IMG/VR virus record: IMGVR_UViG_3300027754_000039
Coordinates: 96,001-160,000 of that record
Length of the DNA stretch: 64,000 bases
Source: a virus
Strand: one strand, 5' to 3'
Shown: one piece after another, positions 29,258-39,774 of the stretch
How the letters are laid out: each line of letters begins with the position of its first letter
Position numbering within the stretch: the first letter of the stretch is position 1
Position numbers and translations under genes: made by a program
The notes under the pieces: model-generated
Databases searched by the model: none
What the model saw: only the letters and a program-made list of their open reading frames with translations
What the model was told of the DNA's origin: nothing

Positions 29258-31132
29258 TTAAAGTGATACTACCTTACCAATTATATCTCTATTTAAGTTT
29301 TTAATTTCAAAAATACTAGGGTCCAATGAAGGATATATAACTCCTGCTTTTGTAGCAGCGGCGATGTCATACACATTTCCAGAGTAGCCTTGAGTAGCGT
29401 TATATAAATTAACAATTTTTATCGAAGGTACTGACTGAACTCCTTCAACTCTATCTAAATCTGTATATATTTTTGATAATATTATAGGCTGATTAATTTG
29501 CCATATTTTAGAGTTAAAACTAGTTTTTAATTTATCAATACATTTTAATAAAACTTCATTTGAATTATATTCTGGAAGAGTAATTATTTCAAACTGCAAT
29601 CCTATATTAATTATATGCGCATTTTTAATATTTACTGCATCGGTTAATATTCTATAGCTATTAAGATAAGTTTTTAAATTTTCTTTTACTGCATCATTTA
29701 AAACTGTTAAGCTTCCATTTAAATCATATCCTAATGTATATAAATTTAATGCCAATGGGTTTGGAATCATTTCTTGACCGTTATCTGGATTAAGTTGCTG
29801 ATCCTGTATGATATATGCTTTCGCAACCGAACCAAATCTAGACGGCATTGAATAAGCTCTAATAATATAATCTTGTGCTGTTACTGCACGCTGCTGTGAT
29901 GCAAAGGTAGCCATTGCATTTTGCCTAATCTCTTCAATAGACTCTTCACTCTTACCGCCTATTGCTGGTAGTGGGTTTGTGCACGCTACAGACGCTTTAA
30001 TTCTACTTAATAGTGCTATACTTAAATTTTGTGAGTCAATTTGATATTGTATAGAATTAATATTTTTTAATGTAAATGAAGCTACGTTTGATTCAATTCC
30101 GCCACCTGTAGTATATGAAACTGTTAAAGTAGTATTAGACGGCGCTAACCCATATGTTTTAGTGTACATAAAGTTTGACGGGTCAATTGGATGATCAAAT
30201 TGAGTTCTTAATCCATTTAAACTAGATCCTACATTATCAGGATTTGGAATAATCTCTTCATCGTCATTATCTGATACTCCCGGGCCAAATTGAATTTCTA
30301 ATTTTTTGTCTGATCTAAATTTAGTAATAAATCGTCTAGCAGTTTTCTTTAATTTTATTAAATAAGGTACGTTTGTATATACTGATAAATCAGGATCATT
30401 TTGTATAGTGTTTGCTATTGATTCAAATACAGTGTCTTGAGCTAGATAAGGTACTTCAGTCCATGAATTATTATCTGAATCTGTTATTGACACTATTTCA
30501 ATAACATCGGCAGGATTTAATAATATTTTATCAAATCTTTTAGCAGACGCAAAATCAAAAGTTTCTGTACGAAGTGTTCCTGCAATTGCTTTTACTTTTT
30601 TCTTAAGAAGATAAAAATCCGGAGTGCTGTCTACGTCATTAATTTGATAAATACTTACATCCGTAGGATCAAAACTGCTAGAAACTTTAAAATTAACTAA
30701 AGATAAAGTTCTAAATTCAAGCTCCGTACCCTCCGCTCCAATTAACATTCCTTCTTTCAATGTTAATGCATAGTCCCAATCAGGTACTTTTCCGTCGACA
30801 GTGGTTTTGGCTGGTAATAACTGAAATACATCTATATCAACAGTCGCAGGTATTTTATTTTTAGTTCTATATCCTAAGTTAGCAGATAAAGCTAATACAT
30901 TTCCACGTTCAGAGGCCAATGGCATTAGCGATTCTTTTAATTGACTATCAGTATAGTATGACAATACATCTCCTACATATGATGCCATTTCAATAAACAT
31001 CATACCAGGTGATGATTCGTTAAAATCATTATAAGTATTAGGAAAATAGTTTTTAGAAAACTCAATTAAGTTTGCTCTAAATTGACTAAAATCTTTATTT
31101 AGATATCGTATATCTTTTTTTATTTGTGCCAT
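29258..31132 (-). CDS. Baseplate wedge subunit (T4 gp6 / baseplate J-like)
   Basis: YLNKDFSQFRANLIEF..NYFP..YNDFNESSPGMMFIEMASYVGD...RAVTAQDY. Confidence 0.9.
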   Translation of the reverse strand: MAQIKKDIRYLNKDFSQFRANLIEFSKNYFPNTYNDFNESSPGMMFIEMASYVGDVLSYYTDSQLKESLMPLASERGNVLALSANLGYRTKNKIPATVDIDVFQLLPAKTTVDGKVPDWDYALTLKEGMLIGAEGTELEFRTLSLVNFKVSSSFDPTDVSIYQINDVDSTPDFYLLKKKVKAIAGTLRTETFDFASAKRFDKILLNPADVIEIVSITDSDNNSWTEVPYLAQDTVFESIANTIQNDPDLSVYTNVPYLIKLKKTARRFITKFRSDKKLEIQFGPGVSDNDDEEIIPNPDNVGSSLNGLRTQFDHPIDPSNFMYTKTYGLAPSNTTLTVSYTTGGGIESNVASFTLKNINSIQYQIDSQNLSIALLSRIKASVACTNPLPAIGGKSEESIEEIRQNAMATFASQQRAVTAQDYIIRAYSMPSRFGSVAKAYIIQDQQLNPDNGQEMIPNPLALNLYTLGYDLNGSLTVLNDAVKENLKTYLNSYRILTDAVNIKNAHIINIGLQFEIITLPEYNSNEVLLKCIDKLKTSFNSKIWQINQPIILSKIYTDLDRVEGVQSVPSIKIVNLYNATQGYSGNVYDIAAATKAGVIYPSLDPSIFEIKNLNRDIIGKVVSL

Positions 31133-31587
31133 TATATTATTACTTCTTCAACGGTTGTAGATGTTACTAAAAATGTAACTGGTTTATTAACTTCTTGCTC
31201 ATTAACAGATACCTTTAATGATATTGTTATTCCATGTTCTTCATTTGACGGTCCTGCTGCTATGACAGTTTGAACTATTAAATCATTAACTTGAATATAT
31301 GGTAACCAAAATGATATAGCTTCTAATATAGAAGATTGTATTTGTTCTTTTAATAAATCCGTATTTTGTTCAAAAAGCGAATCTTGAAGACGTGTACCAA
31401 ATAAAGGTTGTAATACTCGCTCGCCTTGACGAGTAAGTATTAAATTTTTTAAATTTGAAAGTGCTTGCTCTTCAGTGGAATAAGATAAATCAAATAGTAT
31501 TCCAGTCTTCCCAACTAAAGGAAGCTTAATACCAATTGCTACATTTTCTTCTAAATCTATAGGATTATATCTTATTTCGTATGACAT
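31132..31587 (-). CDS. T4 gp25-like baseplate protein
   Basis: NLKNLILTRQGERVLQPLFGTRLQDSLFE. Confidence 0.9.
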   Translation of the reverse strand: MSYEIRYNPIDLEENVAIGIKLPLVGKTGILFDLSYSTEEQALSNLKNLILTRQGERVLQPLFGTRLQDSLFEQNTDLLKEQIQSSILEAISFWLPYIQVNDLIVQTVIAAGPSNEEHGITISLKVSVNEQEVNKPVTFLVTSTTVEEVII

Positions 31588-32072
31588 TAGTTACCTTTTT
31601 TCTTATCCATTGCTTTTATCAAAGACGAATAATCTCTTGTTAATGCTTTTACAACTGCCGCGCCTGCTTCTGTTTCAGCTAATTTAGAAACATCAACTCG
31701 TCTACCTTCAGTATCATACGTTGGTATAATTGATTTTGCGGACGGCGCCGGTTTACGACCCATTGTCGGCCACTCTTCAAAATTATTATAATCTATACTT
31801 TCATCTAAACTAGCACCAGCATATTCATTTCTAAAACCAGCTGTGTCATTTAACAACTCATTTAAAGTTGGGTTCTCAGTGTATTGTTTTTTAACCGGTG
31901 TCTTGGCGATTACTTTAGTTGTAACAGCCGGTATTACAGCTTGTGTATATTTGGCGGTTGTTACTCGTTCGTTTATTATAGGAGTTATTTTACTTAATTC
32001 CGTACGTACGGCATTCGAAACTTCTTCACGAATAACTTTTCTAAGTGCTTGTATAAAATCCTTTGAATTCAT
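31587..32072 (-). CDS. Hypothetical late protein
   Basis: ORF with late motif upstream. Confidence 0.7.
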   Translation of the reverse strand: MNSKDFIQALRKVIREEVSNAVRTELSKITPIINERVTTAKYTQAVIPAVTTKVIAKTPVKKQYTENPTLNELLNDTAGFRNEYAGASLDESIDYNNFEEWPTMGRKPAPSAKSIIPTYDTEGRRVDVSKLAETEAGAAVVKALTRDYSSLIKAMDKKKGN

Positions 32073-32108
32073 GTTACTGTCTTTTAAATAAATATCTTTA
32101 ATGTATTT

Positions 32109-33467
32109 TTATGCCTTTGTAATAGACCAACTGTTTTTCATTCCAGCTGCTACTAATTGTTCCCAAGTAAACGGAGTTGTATTTGAGGCCGCGGACTTAC
32201 CTTGATACCAAGAGTTTCCTACATAGAAAACATCTGCGGCTTTGTCATAACGTCTTATATAAATAAAATGTCCTCCTTTAGAATATGGAGTTTTACCACT
32301 TCCGACTGAAGTTACATATCCTCCTTTTAATAAAGTAGCTACTGCCTTTGCTTTTACTTTTCCAATAGCCTCTCCTTTACATTTATATAATGAAGGAACT
32401 TCTGTCATAAGTGACCAACTACTGCCAACATTTTTGACGTGATACTTTCCATGAGTCTTAGCAAACTCTCCTGGATTAATAGAAGCATTTCCTGTTAAAT
32501 TTCTCAACACAGATGCTAGCGCGCATATACCACACCCACCCTCTTGTACATCTGAATATGAAATGTCCGGACCATATACTGTTTTAGACCAATTCGGAGC
32601 TTTGTTTTGTCTAAATACTAATTGACCGTCAAAAAAATGTATACCTGACGATTGCTCCTGCGGTGTTAATCCTTTAATTGGGCCGAAGCTAAGAGAGCCA
32701 GCTGCGTTAACTGGTAGTTTAGGTCTAGCTGGAGGGTCAGCAGCTGGAAGAACAAATCCTAAAATTGTACTAACATTTGATTGTACTAATTGCAGCTGCG
32801 TGTCAACAACTTCAGCACATATAACATTATGAGCATTGTCGCCATCTAATATTTGCACTACACATCCTAAATGATGCGCAGTTACGACTTCTCTTTCAGT
32901 GGCGCCATATATAGCAGCTGCCCCGACTATTGGATTAGCTATTAATCTATGAGTATCCTTTGCCCACTTAAGCCAGCCGGCGGCTGTTGAAGCTCCTTCA
33001 GTGGGAATTGGGGCTCCCGCTTCTATAAACCAAGTAGTCACCGCTGCTGCATGCCATGGAGCTTTACCCGGACGGCATTTGACATTACCTAACATTACGT
33101 CGACACGTGGACCACTTAATGAACCTGAAGATGCTTCTCTAACTAAATCATTAACATCTTTATTAGCAATCGTAGCTACTTTAATTCCGGTATCAATTGT
33201 TTTGTCATTTAATGTAGTTGTATTACTAAATCCTTCTTTTGATTCGTTAGGAAAATCTGATTCTAAAAATTCAAAAAAATCTTCTGCCGGATCATCCTCT
33301 TCTACATCATCTCCAACATCATCAATGCTCCCATCACTTTCTGCTTGCGAACCTTCGTCATCCAAAGCTTTTTCTTCATCTGGAGTTAATTCTGCTTTTT
33401 GAATAATTACTTTATTCAATTGAGCATTTTCTATAATTTCGTCGTCTTCTATTACTACGCCTGGCAT
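32109..33467 (-). CDS. Tail-associated lysin candidate: acidic N-terminus + CHAP-like domain (Cys replaced by His) + C39-like peptidase
   Basis: GPRVD..L....PG.APWHAAAV.W...HHLG; FRQ...NW...Y...GCGICAL...GGHFIYI. Confidence 0.75.
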   Translation of the reverse strand: MPGVVIEDDEIIENAQLNKVIIQKAELTPDEEKALDDEGSQAESDGSIDDVGDDVEEDDPAEDFFEFLESDFPNESKEGFSNTTTLNDKTIDTGIKVATIANKDVNDLVREASSGSLSGPRVDVMLGNVKCRPGKAPWHAAAVTTWFIEAGAPIPTEGASTAAGWLKWAKDTHRLIANPIVGAAAIYGATEREVVTAHHLGCVVQILDGDNAHNVICAEVVDTQLQLVQSNVSTILGFVLPAADPPARPKLPVNAAGSLSFGPIKGLTPQEQSSGIHFFDGQLVFRQNKAPNWSKTVYGPDISYSDVQEGGCGICALASVLRNLTGNASINPGEFAKTHGKYHVKNVGSSWSLMTEVPSLYKCKGEAIGKVKAKAVATLLKGGYVTSVGSGKTPYSKGGHFIYIRRYDKAADVFYVGNSWYQGKSAASNTTPFTWEQLVAAGMKNSWSITKA

Positions 33468-33478
33468 TGTTTTTTATT

Positions 33479-34855
33479 TTAAATTACACTTCTAACTTTT
33501 TCTAAAGTTTTAATTTCTTGATCTGCTCTATTATGCAAATCTTTATTCGCATTTTTTTCATCTGCTGTTAATTCAGGATCTGCTGCTTTTTCAGCTGCTT
33601 TTTCTTTTTCTTTTTGGGCCTTAGCAACATCAGCCTCTGTCATTTTAAAATCAGGCTCGGGTATATTTTTAAATTTAGCAGATTTTTCTTTTGTTGCTAT
33701 TGCTTTCTTTTTAGTAAATGCAACTTGACTTAATAAAGTCGGTTCAATTTGAGCTTTTAATCCTTCAATTAAAGCCCATTGCGGTGCTGCTATTAATGGA
33801 GAGCAAGGGCCTACAGGCGATATTGGAGCTAGTGTGCCTAAAGCTTGAATTAAATTTTCCATCCAAGTTTTAAATGCGTTACCTAATATCAATGCTTCTT
33901 TTGCATCAGTACCTAATTCAATTTTATCAGCATTTAATGATATAACGTCTTTCGCATCTAATGCAATTGTAGTCTCTGAAGATAATCCAATTCCGTTTTT
34001 TGCAAATGCTATAATTTCTTTTTGAGTACTATTAAATACAATCCTGCCTGAAGATATCAATGTTTGTGGAGTAGTTCCCCAATTCTCATCTTTCCAGGAA
34101 GTTATTTTATGTTTTTTAATTGCAGTTAGCAATCCAGAAGCTTGTTCAAATTCTAATTTTTGCCCTGATGCTTGTACAATTATATTTTCTTCTTTAGTAA
34201 AGTCTTCAGTTACAAAGTCATTAATTTTTTTAGTGTCTTTACTTTGAGTAGTATTTCTAAATATAGTAATTGGAGAGCCAGGAGCTCCTGAAAATTTAGC
34301 GGGCACTTTAAATCCTCCACTTTTAGGTGAAGTTGAAAATCTAATAGAGTTTCCGTAACGACCTGATAATATTACATCTCCTATATAATGCTGTAACGGT
34401 TTGGACGCTGCATTCTCTTGAAAATTTACATCAGGCACAGGATCTTTTTCTTTTTTGCTGTTACCCGTTGAAGTTTCATTATAATCTTTTGAGTCTCCAC
34501 TTTGTCCTTGAGTAGTAGTTATTTTAGATACTGACGGTATAGAATTGTGATGTATACTGGACTGTAAACTTACAATGTCTGTATAATAATAAGTTGTCGT
34601 TTTTCTCGTACCCGAAGCATATGAGCTCGGAGCTTGAATAATTAAAACAACTTCACCTACAATTGGTATACGCAGTATATTATAATTTATCGGAATTGCT
34701 GTAATTAGCGTAACAGACTCGTCGTCATTGGATATAGTATTATCTAATATCTTTACTTTAATGCCATATACCAATGAAGGATTATTGTCAGTATAAATTA
34801 CTTCTTTAACCTCAGCTGAGAAAAATGGCGATGCGTTACTATTATTATCTGGCAT
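33479..34855 (-). CDS. Baseplate hub/spike protein (gp5/VgrG-like)
   Basis: PIVGEVVLI (OB fold), GDVILSGRYGNSIRF, SGRIVFNS, AKEALILGN. Confidence 0.75.
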   Translation of the reverse strand: MPDNNSNASPFFSAEVKEVIYTDNNPSLVYGIKVKILDNTISNDDESVTLITAIPINYNILRIPIVGEVVLIIQAPSSYASGTRKTTTYYYTDIVSLQSSIHHNSIPSVSKITTTQGQSGDSKDYNETSTGNSKKEKDPVPDVNFQENAASKPLQHYIGDVILSGRYGNSIRFSTSPKSGGFKVPAKFSGAPGSPITIFRNTTQSKDTKKINDFVTEDFTKEENIIVQASGQKLEFEQASGLLTAIKKHKITSWKDENWGTTPQTLISSGRIVFNSTQKEIIAFAKNGIGLSSETTIALDAKDVISLNADKIELGTDAKEALILGNAFKTWMENLIQALGTLAPISPVGPCSPLIAAPQWALIEGLKAQIEPTLLSQVAFTKKKAIATKEKSAKFKNIPEPDFKMTEADVAKAQKEKEKAAEKAADPELTADEKNANKDLHNRADQEIKTLEKVRSVI

Positions 34856-34856
34856 A

Positions 34857-35291
34857 TTATACTAATCCGTCTTGTATATCGTTTAATTCAGATTCAATTG
34901 AATTTTGTTTAGAAGTTAAATCAACCACTTTAGCATTGATCTCTTGAGTTGAGCCGGTAATTTCATCTAACTCACCCATTAACTGTTTTTTCTCTTCATC
35001 AGATAACATCCAAGAGTTGCCTGTCTCTGCTTGTACTTTACTACTAGTAGAAACTAACCTCTGCACAACAGCGGCTAGCTTAACAAGGTGTTCATCATTC
35101 TTAACACCTACTTCTAAATATTCTTTTATTAACGGAACTATTACCGTCGCATCTCCGACATTTTTAATTAGAGGTCTTAGCTCTCCAATCATCATATTTA
35201 TCTGGCGGTCCTTTTTAGAACTGTTCGAATAAATATCTTTCATTAAATCGGAAAATGACTTACCTTTAAAAATTTCTACATCAAAATCCAT
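34857..35291 (-). CDS. Conserved hypothetical protein
   Basis: VPLIKEYLEVGVKNDEHLVKLAAVVQR; late motif upstream. Confidence 0.75.
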   Translation of the reverse strand: MDFDVEIFKGKSFSDLMKDIYSNSSKKDRQINMMIGELRPLIKNVGDATVIVPLIKEYLEVGVKNDEHLVKLAAVVQRLVSTSSKVQAETGNSWMLSDEEKKQLMGELDEITGSTQEINAKVVDLTSKQNSIESELNDIQDGLV

Positions 35292-35312
35292 ATATCCTTT
35301 AAAATAAATATC

Positions 35313-36125
35313 TTATTCTAGGAATTCTGACTTTTTAAATTTAGCGTGATTTAATGTTGCTCTTCCCGTGTGCTTGTAATTGGTATACATTTCTATATAA
35401 GCACTTTTCATAATATTAATAACTCGAGTGATATATTGAGTCTTAACTCCGGTACGGTCTCTTATTAATATATAAAGAGCTTTCTTATTGAAGTTTTCTA
35501 TATTTTCTCTGTTGCGAAATAATTCTAATACTGAATCTGCAACTCCAATATCAGGTTGCTTTTTAAAAAATAAAACTAAATTGTCATCCATGTATGTTGT
35601 GAATAAATCCATGAATTCTTTTTTCTCGTTTAATTCGTCGTCACGCATTACTTCATTGATAACATTTCTATTATCATCAATTGCTTCAGGCTGTTCCGTA
35701 TTTTTAAACTTATTATAATTCCCATTGTTATGGATAATTAAATAGTTTTTTGCTATGATTGAAAAATACGAAAATGCTTTACCTTTATTAGGATCTGTGT
35801 ATTTATGAATTTTTTCATTTAAGAAAGCAACTACTTCATGTTTTACATCTTCATATGGAATATCAAAATGATAAAACTTAAAAGTATGAATAATATTTTC
35901 AACTAACTTATCCAATGGATATTTAATTTTTTCTTCGTAAAGTTTATTACGCTCTATTTCATCTTCTAAAAGATTATAAAGCAAAATAGCATTTTCAGTG
36001 TCTTTTGTAAAGTATTGTTTTGTCTTTGGCTTACGACCTCGAGTTTTTGGAGCTTCCGGTTCTATTGCTACTACAGCTTCAACAGTCACTTCACTAACTG
36101 CTTCTTGATTAAGTTCTAAATTCAT
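35313..36125 (-). CDS. T4 gp55-like late sigma factor
   Basis: KQYFTKDTENAI...KAFSYFSIIAKNYLI region-2-like motif. Confidence 0.75.
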   Translation of the reverse strand: MNLELNQEAVSEVTVEAVVAIEPEAPKTRGRKPKTKQYFTKDTENAILLYNLLEDEIERNKLYEEKIKYPLDKLVENIIHTFKFYHFDIPYEDVKHEVVAFLNEKIHKYTDPNKGKAFSYFSIIAKNYLIIHNNGNYNKFKNTEQPEAIDDNRNVINEVMRDDELNEKKEFMDLFTTYMDDNLVLFFKKQPDIGVADSVLELFRNRENIENFNKKALYILIRDRTGVKTQYITRVINIMKSAYIEMYTNYKHTGRATLNHAKFKKSEFLE

Positions 36126-36399
36126 ATACTGATTCTACTGTTTTAGTTAAGTCCGAAGACAATTCTTTTATTTCTTTAAATACAAAACCTACCTCGTCGT
36201 CTGCTTCAAAAGCTCCACGAATGTCTAGGTCTTTTAATTGAGTTTCAGTCTCTAATACCTTCTCACGTATCTCATCTAATTTATCTTGATAATATACTAC
36301 AGTCTCTTCTAAGTCCTCATTTTGTTTAACAAGATTCCACATTCCATAACCCATAAATCCAATTACGGCTAAGAAGAAAATTATAATTAATGCTATCAT
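36109..36399 (-). CDS. Small membrane-anchored coiled-coil protein
   Basis: Start revised to MIALII; N-terminal TM. Confidence 0.7.
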   Translation of the reverse strand: MIALIIIFFLAVIGFMGYGMWNLVKQNEDLEETVVYYQDKLDEIREKVLETETQLKDLDIRGAFEADDEVGFVFKEIKELSSDLTKTVESVYEFRT

Positions 36400-36400
36400 A

Positions 36401-37141
36401 TTATCCGAATATTTTATCAAATGCTGTTTTTAAGTTATCATCACCAATTGGATCATTAAATCCTCCTAATTTAGATTTTGCTTTTGTTGGAGCTACTTCT
36501 ACTATTTGTGGAGTGTGAGTTAAATTACCTTCAATTAAAGTAGCTAAATGATCAGCGTGATGTAATAAAATAGGCAAATCAGTTTTTAAAGAAAATTCTG
36601 GCATACCTGCCATTAAATAAGATTCATTACCTTTTCCATATAATCCGTCATGCAATTTAATTGCTAAATATTCATTCTCTGAAAATTTAACTCCATATTC
36701 TTGTAATAGAAAAATACTTCTGTCCGGAACTTTCATAAATTGCAATGCAGGATTAATTTTATAAATTTGTCCTCTCTTTACGTGCCAATCTGAATCGTTT
36801 GGAACATAATAATCTTCAGAGCTAGAACCTACTTTACCTAAGTCATGATTAATAGCTGCAAATACTACTTCTTCCAAAGTAAATTTATTTGTGCCGGCGC
36901 CTGCTTCAGTCCATACTTCAAATAATTTAATAGCTGTCTTTACAACTCTATTAACGTGATCGATATATCCTCCTGGAAAGCAGTTATGCCTAGTTGAATG
37001 TGACGATGCTGGAGCTGTTAAAACTCTATCAGACAATTCTTCATACATTTTAATTAGCACTTCTTTACGTGTGCCAGAAATATATTTTTCAATATATTCC
37101 ATTAACGTTTTCCATTGCAATTCTGTATCTTGTTTTCCCAT
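36401..37141 (-). CDS. HD-domain phosphohydrolase (YhaM/Cbf1-like)
   Basis: APAS...H...GGYIDHV...HDLGK...HDG...HHADH. Confidence 0.88.
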   Translation of the reverse strand: MGKQDTELQWKTLMEYIEKYISGTRKEVLIKMYEELSDRVLTAPASSHSTRHNCFPGGYIDHVNRVVKTAIKLFEVWTEAGAGTNKFTLEEVVFAAINHDLGKVGSSSEDYYVPNDSDWHVKRGQIYKINPALQFMKVPDRSIFLLQEYGVKFSENEYLAIKLHDGLYGKGNESYLMAGMPEFSLKTDLPILLHHADHLATLIEGNLTHTPQIVEVAPTKAKSKLGGFNDPIGDDNLKTAFDKIFG

Positions 37142-37144
37142 AAC

Positions 37145-37792
37145 TTATATTACTTGATCAATTAAACCTAACTCAGCTGCTTTAGCTGCGGTCATATAAT
37201 AATCTTTTCTACATGCTTTGCGCCAAAACTCTTCATCATGTTTTGTTTTGGCAGCCATCATTTTATAAAAGTCTTCTTCTAACTCGTCAATATGTTCTGC
37301 ATTTGCTTTAATGTCGGCAGACTTACCAAATATATTAGCTGAAGCTTCGTGAACCATAATAGTAGTATTTTTAGAAGCAGCTCTTATTCCAGTACCACAA
37401 CATAAAATCATTGCACCTGCTGACATTGCTCTTCCTCTTGCAATAACATTAATTGGCACTGATACTGATTCCATATAATCAATAATACCTAAAGCTTCGT
37501 ACACGTCACCCCCATTGGAGTTTAATAACAATGTAATTGGATCTTCTTTTTTATCTTCAGGGCGATGTTCTAATATTAATCTAACTTTTGAAATAAAATC
37601 GAAGCAATTGCCTAACATTATATCTCCATGTAAATAAATAACAGAGTCGGTAACACTAACGCCATAGTCTATTTCATTATAAAGATCTTTACTTGACTTT
37701 TCGTCTTTTTTATCTTCTAACCTTTTCTTTTTAGATTCAGGCTCATCGTCATACAAACCTTTGTAGACTGTGTTATTATTTATTTTAGTCAT
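37145..37792 (-). CDS. clpP: ClpP-family serine protease
   Basis: LNSNGGDVY...GRAMSAGAMIL...IMVHE...KDYYM..AAELGLIDQV; Ser-His-Asp triad present. Confidence 0.9.
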   Translation of the reverse strand: MTKINNNTVYKGLYDDEPESKKKRLEDKKDEKSSKDLYNEIDYGVSVTDSVIYLHGDIMLGNCFDFISKVRLILEHRPEDKKEDPITLLLNSNGGDVYEALGIIDYMESVSVPINVIARGRAMSAGAMILCCGTGIRAASKNTTIMVHEASANIFGKSADIKANAEHIDELEEDFYKMMAAKTKHDEEFWRKACRKDYYMTAAKAAELGLIDQVI

Positions 37793-37809
37793 ATTTTCTA
37801 TTTATCTAC

Positions 37810-37841
37810 ATAATATATGAAATTAATATTAAGTATCCTAA
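37810..37841 (-). promoter_or_regulatory. Promoter TTAG-N20-TATATTAT (clpP)
   Basis: Variant of the family. Confidence 0.5.
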
Positions 37842-37847
37842 TTTTTC

Positions 37848-38378
37848 TTACATTAATTTTTTAAGCTGTCTGTTAGCTTTAGATAGCGATCGCATTAACT
37901 CAGCTTTTTTACCTTTACGAGTTTCATGAAATAATTGAACTTTTAATTTTTCAATGTCTTTACCTAAGTCATTAAATGCATCTGACTTCTCTTGTTTAGA
38001 TAATTTTTTCTTTTCTGGTTTAGGTTCAATTACCGTTACAGGCAACGTACCTTTTAGTGAAGGCTGTTCTTCTCCTTTATGATATACAGTGCCGTCTGTG
38101 GCTACATATTCTTTCATAAATTTCCAACCTTTAGGTTTATCTGATTTTGGAATAGATGCTCTGACTACAGGACCTTCACATACAGCAGCTACGCATTTCC
38201 AGCATATTACTGCATTAGCGTCATTACCTACTACAGTCCATGTATTGCATATACGCTCTCTATAATATTTGCCTCCTGGTTCGGAATTTTGGCAAATCAT
38301 AAATCTACGACCTTCAACCATTTTAGTTGAGAATTTAGTCGTAGCGTATTGTGGTTTTACTTTTTCTACTTTTTTCAT
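37848..38378 (-). CDS. Hypothetical Cys-containing basic protein
   Basis: C...C...CWKC; ORF context. Confidence 0.7.
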   Translation of the reverse strand: MKKVEKVKPQYATTKFSTKMVEGRRFMICQNSEPGGKYYRERICNTWTVVGNDANAVICWKCVAAVCEGPVVRASIPKSDKPKGWKFMKEYVATDGTVYHKGEEQPSLKGTLPVTVIEPKPEKKKLSKQEKSDAFNDLGKDIEKLKVQLFHETRKGKKAELMRSLSKANRQLKKLM

Positions 38379-38391
38379 AACCTTTATTTAA

Positions 38392-39492
38392 TTAATATGT
38401 TTTAGAATTGTCTTCGTTATATAAATTTTCTTTTAGCTTCTTTTTTTCTAAACTTTCCTTTCGCTCCTTATCAATTTCACGGCGTTTAAACTCCTTTAAA
38501 TCCTCCTTGTTTCGGGGCTGGGATATTGTTATTACTGCCTCCGGTTCAGGCTGTGTCAAGGGGTGTTCTGACGGCTGTTCAACCACATTATACGTATTAT
38601 AAGGGTTAGTATCTACAAAAAAATCAGGTTTGAATGGAAATTCATCTTCTTCTGGAAAATTAATTTCTTTTTGAGGTTCTTCTTTTGGATTATTATCTTC
38701 TGAGTTCTTAGACATAAAATTAAATGCTAGCACCATGCAAATTGCTAATGGATCAAATACAATAATAAAAAGTAATATTAATACATTAACTACACTATCC
38801 ATATCTACATTTAAGACTCTAGATATATAAGCTAAAGAACCTAATTCAGATGATATTTCATTTTTCAATCCTAATTGAGTTATAGAAACTTGCGTTTTTG
38901 AAGCAGAGTCGGAATATGCTATTACTTTTTTATTTAATTCATCAATGTCTTTGTTTAAAGTCTTAATAGACGCGTCAGTTTCTTTTGCTGACCGATCAGC
39001 TGAGCGAGACGATCGATTTGAAGTTACTAATTGGGTTGCTCTTAACTCTTGAGAATTTCTAATTGAAGTTAAATTGGTTAACTGAATATTTTTAGATTCT
39101 AATTGAGTTTTAAATGTGTTGGCTGATGATTCAAAATATAATTTTTGAGTTGATAAACTGTCAGTTTGAGTGCGAGTTAAATCATATTTAGATTTTGTAG
39201 TTTGATAAGCACCGGATAAAAATCCATAAATACCAATTGAAGTAATCAATGCAATAATAGTAATAGCAATTAATAAATAAAATCTTAATGTTTTATTTAC
39301 AATTGTCCAAAATCTATATAGAAAAGAAGCAATTACTAATTTTGAAGCTTCTAACGTCGATGTCATGACAATGACAGCTACAGCAGCGCCGGCGAATAGT
39401 TTAGCTAATCCGACAATAGAAAAGAAAGCAGCACAACCCGCAAGGGAAAGTGCTACTATTCCTACAAATATCTTAAGTGCCAATTTATTCAT
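38392..39492 (-). CDS. Multi-TM + long coiled-coil membrane protein
   Basis: Three N-terminal TMs, periplasmic coiled coil, C-terminal TM (FDPLAI). Confidence 0.75.
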   Translation of the reverse strand: MNKLALKIFVGIVALSLAGCAAFFSIVGLAKLFAGAAVAVIVMTSTLEASKLVIASFLYRFWTIVNKTLRFYLLIAITIIALITSIGIYGFLSGAYQTTKSKYDLTRTQTDSLSTQKLYFESSANTFKTQLESKNIQLTNLTSIRNSQELRATQLVTSNRSSRSADRSAKETDASIKTLNKDIDELNKKVIAYSDSASKTQVSITQLGLKNEISSELGSLAYISRVLNVDMDSVVNVLILLFIIVFDPLAICMVLAFNFMSKNSEDNNPKEEPQKEINFPEEDEFPFKPDFFVDTNPYNTYNVVEQPSEHPLTQPEPEAVITISQPRNKEDLKEFKRREIDKERKESLEKKKLKENLYNEDNSKTY

Positions 39493-39664
39493 TAGGCTCT
39501 AATCCTAAACGTTCGACGACTAGTTCAATTTCTTTAATAATTAAAGCTAGGAATTGTACAGCTTCAGTGCCGGACATATCCGAATTTGATATCGATCGTT
39601 GTAAGGTTTTCAATTTAGTAGCTTGAGCTTCTAATTTTCTTACGGTATGTTCTTTGTATCTCAT
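39485..39664 (-). CDS. Small hypothetical protein (59 aa)
   Basis: Manual: MRYKEHTVRKLEAQ...LGLEPNE*; coupled to the next gene by an ATGAATAA overlap. Confidence 0.65.
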   Translation of the reverse strand: MRYKEHTVRKLEAQATKLKTLQRSISNSDMSGTEAVQFLALIIKEIELVVERLGLEPNE

Positions 39665-39774
39665 AAATTTATTTTTGTTTTTTGTTTGATTTTTTTAAAC
39701 GTTTGTATAATTATAAATAATATATATAATAGTGAATATAATAATAATTATTAATATAATAATATTATAATATA

